Origin: Candidatus Heimdallarchaeota archaeon
GTDB taxonomy: Archaea > Asgardarchaeota > Heimdallarchaeia > Heimdallarchaeales > Heimdallarchaeaceae
NCBI GenBank assembly: GCA_021399345.1
Contig: JAAFKI010000094.1
Coordinates: 1-64,000 of the forward strand
Length of the DNA: 64,000 bases
Direction: 5' to 3'
This document shows positions 59,175 through 64,000 of the stretch, in pieces. How positions within the stretch are numbered: position 1 is the first letter of the stretch; each line of letters starts with the position of its first letter. The notes beneath the pieces are model-generated. The model saw only the letters and a list, made by a program, of their open reading frames with translations. It did not search any database and had not been told where the DNA came from. Both the position numbers and the translations under genes were made by a program.

Positions 59175-60206
59175 ATGATGGAAACATTAATTTTACAAAA
59201 AGACAAACTTACTAAACTGATTGAGAAACTCTCTTCCAGTCATGTTCTATATGGTCCTATTGAAGAAAATGGATTTTCATTGTTCAAGCAAATTAGGGAT
59301 TTCAAGGAACTAAACCTAAAATATCTTCTAACACGTGTCCCTCCAAAATCTCTTATCTTCAAACAGACAGAGACTCTATTCAAGTTTATACCAGGGAGAA
59401 AAGGCACAGTCACTTCGTCAGAAATAAATGAAGAGAAGAGTATAATTTTTGCAATTAGACCTTGTGATGCGCGTAGTTTTAAAATACTTGATCCAGTTTT
59501 CGAAGGGAATTTTGAAGATCCATTTTACATTTCAAAAAGGAAAAATACTGTTCTAATTGGATTAACTTGTAACTCTCCAGAGAAGAATTGTTTCTGCACT
59601 TCATTTGATGATAGTCCCGGTTCAACTGAAAATGTTGACATTCTTTTTACAGATTTAGATGATAAGTTCTTTGTAGAAGTAGTTACAGAAAAGGGTAAAA
59701 ATCTGATAAAATCAATAGAAGATGTATTTGAAAAATCTACAAAAAATGATGAAGATTCAAAGAGAAATATTGTGACCAATTCTGTTGAAAGTATCACAAG
59801 AAAAATGGATCTTGATGGATTAGTCCCTAAACTTGATAAGATGTTTGATCACGAATTATGGCATAATACTGCCCAAAAATGTATTGGATGTGGAATCTGT
59901 ACTTATTTGTGTCCGACATGTCATTGTTTTGATATGCAAGATGAATCTTCTCTGAGAGAAGGAGCAAGAATTCGTGTATGGGATTCGTGTATGTATCCTG
60001 AATACACTCATCATGCCTCAGGACACAATCCAAGAGCAATAAGAATGAGCAGAGTAAGAAATAGGGTTTATCACAAGTTCAGTTATTTCCCTAAGAATGA
60101 AGATATCACGGCTTGTACGGGTTGTGGGAGATGTATTGATTATTGTCCTGTAAATATTGATATAATTGATGTAATAGAAAAAGTGGGGGTCATAGCAAAT
60201 GAGTAA
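59175..60206 (+). CDS. flxB: FlxB/AsrA-like Fe-S subunit
   Basis: RPCD, CFC, CIGCGICTYLCPTCHC, CTGCGRCIDYCP. Confidence 0.8.
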   Translation: MMETLILQKDKLTKLIEKLSSSHVLYGPIEENGFSLFKQIRDFKELNLKYLLTRVPPKSLIFKQTETLFKFIPGRKGTVTSSEINEEKSIIFAIRPCDARSFKILDPVFEGNFEDPFYISKRKNTVLIGLTCNSPEKNCFCTSFDDSPGSTENVDILFTDLDDKFFVEVVTEKGKNLIKSIEDVFEKSTKNDEDSKRNIVTNSVESITRKMDLDGLVPKLDKMFDHELWHNTAQKCIGCGICTYLCPTCHCFDMQDESSLREGARIRVWDSCMYPEYTHHASGHNPRAIRMSRVRNRVYHKFSYFPKNEDITACTGCGRCIDYCPVNIDIIDVIEKVGVIANE

Positions 60207-61038
60207 AAACCCATATAGTCCATGGTTAGCTACAATTTCTGGAATTAAACAAGAAGCTGTTGGTGAGAGACCTATTAAGACTTTCAAATTAGTTTTGGAA
60301 GACGAAGAAATAAGGAATAATTTCTCTTTTATTCCAGGTCAGTGTATTATGGTTAGTCTTTTTGGCACTGGTGAATGTTTCTTTGCTATTTCTTCTTCAC
60401 CAACTCAAAAGGAATACATAGAAGTGAGCGTTCTAAAATTGGGTAAAGTAACAACTGAGTTGCACCAATATGAACCTGGAGATTCAGTAGGATTGAGAGG
60501 TCCTTATGGTAATCACTTCAATGTGAAAGAGTGGGAAGGAAAGAATTTGTTATTTATTGGAGGAGGAATCGGTCAAGCTCCACTTCGTTCAATAATTAAT
60601 TTCGCTCTAGATAAACGAGAAAAATATGCAAATTTAGACATTATTTATGGAGCGAGAAGTACAAATGATTTGTGCTATAAAGAAGAATTCGCAGAATTAG
60701 GAAAGAGAGATGATGTAAATATCCATCTATCTATAGATGTTGAAGAAGAGGGGTGGAATGAATATGTTGGATTTGTTCCTGATAATCTAAAAAGATTGAA
60801 TCCAACTCCAGACAATACTATAGCGATAACGTGCGGACCTCCAATAATGATCAAATATGTAATTCAGAATTTAGAGGATCTTGGATTTGAAGATGACCAA
60901 ATTTTCACGACTCTAGAAATGAGAATGAAATGTGGAATAGGCATTTGTGGAAGATGTAACATAGGCAATCTCTATGTTTGTAAAGATGGTCCAGTATTTT
61001 CATATGGACAACTGAGAAATCTAGAAGGAGATATGTGA
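60199..61038 (+). CDS. flxA: FlxA/AsrB-like FAD/NAD(P)-binding subunit
   Basis: RGPYGN, GGGIG, CGPP, MKCGIGICGRC..C. Confidence 0.8.
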   Translation: MSKNPYSPWLATISGIKQEAVGERPIKTFKLVLEDEEIRNNFSFIPGQCIMVSLFGTGECFFAISSSPTQKEYIEVSVLKLGKVTTELHQYEPGDSVGLRGPYGNHFNVKEWEGKNLLFIGGGIGQAPLRSIINFALDKREKYANLDIIYGARSTNDLCYKEEFAELGKRDDVNIHLSIDVEEEGWNEYVGFVPDNLKRLNPTPDNTIAITCGPPIMIKYVIQNLEDLGFEDDQIFTTLEMRMKCGIGICGRCNIGNLYVCKDGPVFSYGQLRNLEGDM

Positions 61039-61051
61039 AGGTGGTATAATA

Positions 61052-62998
61052 ATGAAGATAGGAGTTTACGTATGCGAATGTGGTATTAATATTAGTGCTA
61101 CAGTAAATGTACCTGAAGTTGTAGAGAGAATTAAAACACTCCCGAATGTAGAAAGCAGCCGTTATAGTAAGTACATTTGTTCTGATTCTGGGCAAGAGTT
61201 AATTAGAAAAGACATTAGAGAGCTGAATCTAGATAGAGTTGTGGTTGCTTCTTGTTCTCCTAGAATGCATGAACCAACATTTAGAGGAGTTGTTGAAGAA
61301 GAAGGAATGAATCCATATTGCCTTGAGATGGTTAATATTAGAGAACATGTTTCATGGGTACATTCTGATAAAGAAAGAGCTACAGAGAAAGCAATAAAAC
61401 TAATTTCTGGTGCTGTTGCTAGAGCACAATTTCTCGAACCATTAGAACGTAAGGAAGTAAGTGTTATTCCCAAATCATTGGTTATTGGTGGAGGTATAGC
61501 GGGTATTCAAGCTGCTTTAGAGATTGCAATTGATGGGTTTCAGGTCTATCTTGTTGATCGAAATCCAAGTATTGGCGGAAGAATGGCTCAATTAGATAAG
61601 ACTTTTCCAACCTTAGATTGTTCAGCATGTATTCTGGCACCTAAAATGGTGGATGCTGCAAGACACCCAAATATAGAACTCCTGACCTATTCAGAAATTG
61701 AGAAAGTTGATGGTTATATTGGTAATTTCAAAGTTACAGTCAAAAAGAAACCAAGATATGTAGATATCGAGAAATGTGTTGGGTGTGGACTCTGCGCTGA
61801 AGCATGTAGATTAAAAGGACGAGTTCTTAATGAATTTGATGAGAACCTAAGTAAAAGAAGCGCAATTTATATCCCATTTCCTCAAGCCGTTCCTTTTGTG
61901 TACACTATAGATCCGGAACGTTGCAATATGTTAAAATTTGGGAAATGTGGAGATGAACTACTTTGTGTTGGTGCTTGTGAACAAAATGCAATTAATTTTG
62001 ATCAGAAAGAAGAATTAGTGGAACTAGATGTTGGAACTATTGTTGTTGCAACAGGTTTTGATAATTTTGATCCATCATCAGAATTGAAGTATGGCTATAA
62101 GGAAAATGCAAGCGTAATAACAGGAATGGAATTTGAGAGAATTGTTAACGCTGCAGGTCCTACTGAAGGACATCTTGAAATTAATGGAAAAGAACCTGAG
62201 AATGTAGTATTTATCCAATGTGTTGGTTCTCGAGATAAAGAAGGACATGAATACTGCTCAAGAGTCTGCTGTATGTATACTGCTAAACAAGCACACATGG
62301 TCAGAGATAAATATCCCGATTCAAAAATAGCAGTTTATTTCACAGATGTTAGAGCTTTTGGTAAAGGGTTTGAGGAATTTTATAATAGAGTTAAAGATGA
62401 AGATGTTGAATACAGAAGAAGAGAATTAGATGATCCAATTCAAGTGGTCGGTAATGAAGGAGGAGTAATTGTTAAAGCTGAAGGTCATCCTGACATTCAT
62501 GCAGACTTGGTTGTGTTAGCAACAGGTTTGGTACCTAGAAAGGATAACAAAGAGCTAGCTAGAAAACTTAATATCAGCTTGAGCGCTGACGGTTTCCTTT
62601 TAGAAGCTCATCCAAAGCTCCGTCCTTTAGATACTTTTACAGATGGAATTTTCATAGCAGGTTGTTGTCAGAGTCCTAAAGACATACCAGATACAGTTGC
62701 ACAAGCAAGTGGAGCAGCAGTTAGAGCAGCAGCTCCTTTAGCTCAAGGTAAAGCTCAAGTTGAGGCCATTACTGCTACGATAAATGATGATTTGTGCAGT
62801 GGATGTCGTATTTGTGAGAAACTATGTGCTTATTCTGCTTTAGAATTTTCCAGTGATGATAAAATCATGAAGATAAATGATGTCTTGTGTAAAGGCTGTG
62901 GTTCATGTGCAGCTGCTTGTCCAACGGGTGCAATAAAAATGAAACACTATAGCAATAAGCAAGTCCTTGCTCAAATCGGGGGTATTTTAGCTAAATAG
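61052..62998 (+). CDS. hdrA: heterodisulfide reductase subunit A
   Basis: VCECG, SCSPRMHE, GGGIAG, KTFPTLDC, QCVGSR..YCSRVCC, inserted and C-terminal ferredoxins. Confidence 0.96.
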   Translation: MKIGVYVCECGINISATVNVPEVVERIKTLPNVESSRYSKYICSDSGQELIRKDIRELNLDRVVVASCSPRMHEPTFRGVVEEEGMNPYCLEMVNIREHVSWVHSDKERATEKAIKLISGAVARAQFLEPLERKEVSVIPKSLVIGGGIAGIQAALEIAIDGFQVYLVDRNPSIGGRMAQLDKTFPTLDCSACILAPKMVDAARHPNIELLTYSEIEKVDGYIGNFKVTVKKKPRYVDIEKCVGCGLCAEACRLKGRVLNEFDENLSKRSAIYIPFPQAVPFVYTIDPERCNMLKFGKCGDELLCVGACEQNAINFDQKEELVELDVGTIVVATGFDNFDPSSELKYGYKENASVITGMEFERIVNAAGPTEGHLEINGKEPENVVFIQCVGSRDKEGHEYCSRVCCMYTAKQAHMVRDKYPDSKIAVYFTDVRAFGKGFEEFYNRVKDEDVEYRRRELDDPIQVVGNEGGVIVKAEGHPDIHADLVVLATGLVPRKDNKELARKLNISLSADGFLLEAHPKLRPLDTFTDGIFIAGCCQSPKDIPDTVAQASGAAVRAAAPLAQGKAQVEAITATINDDLCSGCRICEKLCAYSALEFSSDDKIMKINDVLCKGCGSCAAACPTGAIKMKHYSNKQVLAQIGGILAK

Positions 62999-63010
62999 GA
63001 GAGGAATATT

Positions 63011-64000
63011 ATGAAATTAGGAGTTTACGTATGCGAATGTGGTATTAACATTAGTGCAACAGTTGACGTTGAGAAAGTTGCTGAAGTTGCGAAAGATTTT
63101 CCGAATGTAGAAGTTAGTAGATTTTACAAGTACATGTGTTCAGAACCAGGTCAAGAACTTATCAAACAAGACATTGACAATCTTGGGTTAGATCGTATTG
63201 TAGTAGCTTCTTGTTCTCCTAGAATGCATGAACCAACATTTAGAGCTGTTGTTGAAGAAAAAGGAATGAATCCATATTGCCTTGAAATGGTTAATATTAG
63301 AGAACAAGATTCATGGGTACATAAAGATAAAGAAAAAGGAACGGAGAAAGCAATTTCATTGGTAAGAAGTGGAGTTCTCAAAGCATCTCTTCTAAAACCT
63401 CTGATTAAGAAAAAAGTAGGGGTAACTCCAAATGCTCTTGTTATAGGTGGTGGAATAGCAGGTATTCAAGCTGCTTTAGATATTGGAAATATGGGTTTTC
63501 ACACATATTTAGTCGAAAAAACACCTAGTATTGGAGGAAGAATGGCTCAATTAGATAAGACTTTTCCAACCTTAGATTGTTCAGCATGTATTTTAACACC
63601 AAAAATGGTAGATGTAGCTCGTCATCCAAATGTAGAGCTTATGACCTATTCTGAGATAGAAAAAGTTGAAGGATTTGCAGGTAATTTCAAAGTTTCAGTA
63701 AAAAAGAAGCCACGTTTTGTAGATGTAAACAAATGTACTGCGTGTGGTGACTGTGTAGAAAATTGTCCTGTAATAGAGCTGGATGATTATAATGAAAATA
63801 TGACGACTAGAAAAGCAATCTACATACCTTTTCCTCAAGCTGTTCCTAAGAAATACGTTATTGCTAAATTAGAGGAATACTCTCCATGTAAAGCAACATG
63901 TCCTGCAAGTAATAATGCTCAAGGATACGTTCAGCTTATAGGAGTGGGAAAATTTAAGGAATCTCTAGAAGTAATCCGCGATAAAAATCCCTTTCCCTCA
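63011..64000 (+). CDS. hdrA: second HdrA, 3'-partial, with start of a GltD-like insertion (HdrL-type)
   Basis: MKLGVYVCECG..KTFPTLDC..CTACGDCVENCP..SPCKATCPASNNAQGYVQLIGVGKFKESLEVIRDKNPFPS; absent from the ORF track because the window has no stop. Confidence 0.92.
   Translation, partial: MKLGVYVCECGINISATVDVEKVAEVAKDFPNVEVSRFYKYMCSEPGQELIKQDIDNLGLDRIVVASCSPRMHEPTFRAVVEEKGMNPYCLEMVNIREQDSWVHKDKEKGTEKAISLVRSGVLKASLLKPLIKKKVGVTPNALVIGGGIAGIQAALDIGNMGFHTYLVEKTPSIGGRMAQLDKTFPTLDCSACILTPKMVDVARHPNVELMTYSEIEKVEGFAGNFKVSVKKKPRFVDVNKCTACGDCVENCPVIELDDYNENMTTRKAIYIPFPQAVPKKYVIAKLEEYSPCKATCPASNNAQGYVQLIGVGKFKESLEVIRDKNPFPS

Noticed and set aside
297-63381. Short ORF-track entries antisense to or nested in long genes (e.g. 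1970..2257, 9096..9425, 27349..27681, 43731..44018, 61162..61473, 63151..63381)
   Set aside because: They are shadows of well-supported genes and have no motifs. The similarity of 61162..61473 and 63151..63381 just mirrors the hdrA duplication.
1-64000. Genome-wide reassignment of TAG
   Set aside because: Many genes end in TAG at their expected C-termini, some followed at once by terminators or further stops (7693, 26943, 32946). Only one TAG clearly interrupts a domain.
55263-64000. Selenocysteine in Mvh/Hdr subunits
   Set aside because: The usual Sec positions are Cys codons (DPCFAC, CNWC, GCHPGDC, TLDC), and no in-frame TGA occurs in the visible genes.
1-64000. CRISPR arrays, tRNA/rRNA, IS elements, integrases
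   Set aside because: I saw no spaced direct repeats, GC-rich structural RNA or recombinase/transposase motifs by eye. A covariance-model scan was not possible.

Overview
AT-rich, densely coding archaeal chromosome segment. It has GGTGA-type Shine-Dalgarno sites, TATA boxes about 25 nt ahead of some start codons, and oligo-T terminators. A stand-alone longin protein, a TPR-longin protein and beta-helix surface-protein motifs point to an Asgard archaeon, probably Heimdallarchaeia-like (inference). No rRNA, tRNA, CRISPR array, transposase or integrase was recognised. The first ~50 kb is a patchwork of accessory metabolic, transport and signalling genes with several eroded remnants: a duplicated 3' end of the ornithine cyclodeaminase gene, a lactate-permease tail, a truncated beta-helix protein, and a GNAT-TPR gene split by an in-frame TAG. 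The last 14 kb is a redox locus. A group 3b sulfhydrogenase operon with its protease (minus strand) is divergent from mvhG-mvhA-mvhD-flxC-flxB-flxA-hdrA-hdrA/L (plus strand, running off the window). Best leads: (1) a threonine-synthase-fold protein lacking the PLP lysine and fused to a winged helix, next to a PdxU/HmpT-type ECF transporter and a palindrome, a candidate vitamin-sensing regulator; (2) a HEAT-repeat protein ending in a textbook PCNA PIP-box (QKRITDFF); (3) a structured 5' leader of the mvh-flx-hdr operon with two anti-SD elements; (4) the in-frame TAG in the GNAT-TPR gene; (5) an ABC-exporter cassette bracketed by two copies of the ocd 3' end. All calls come from motif recognition by eye; no searches were run.
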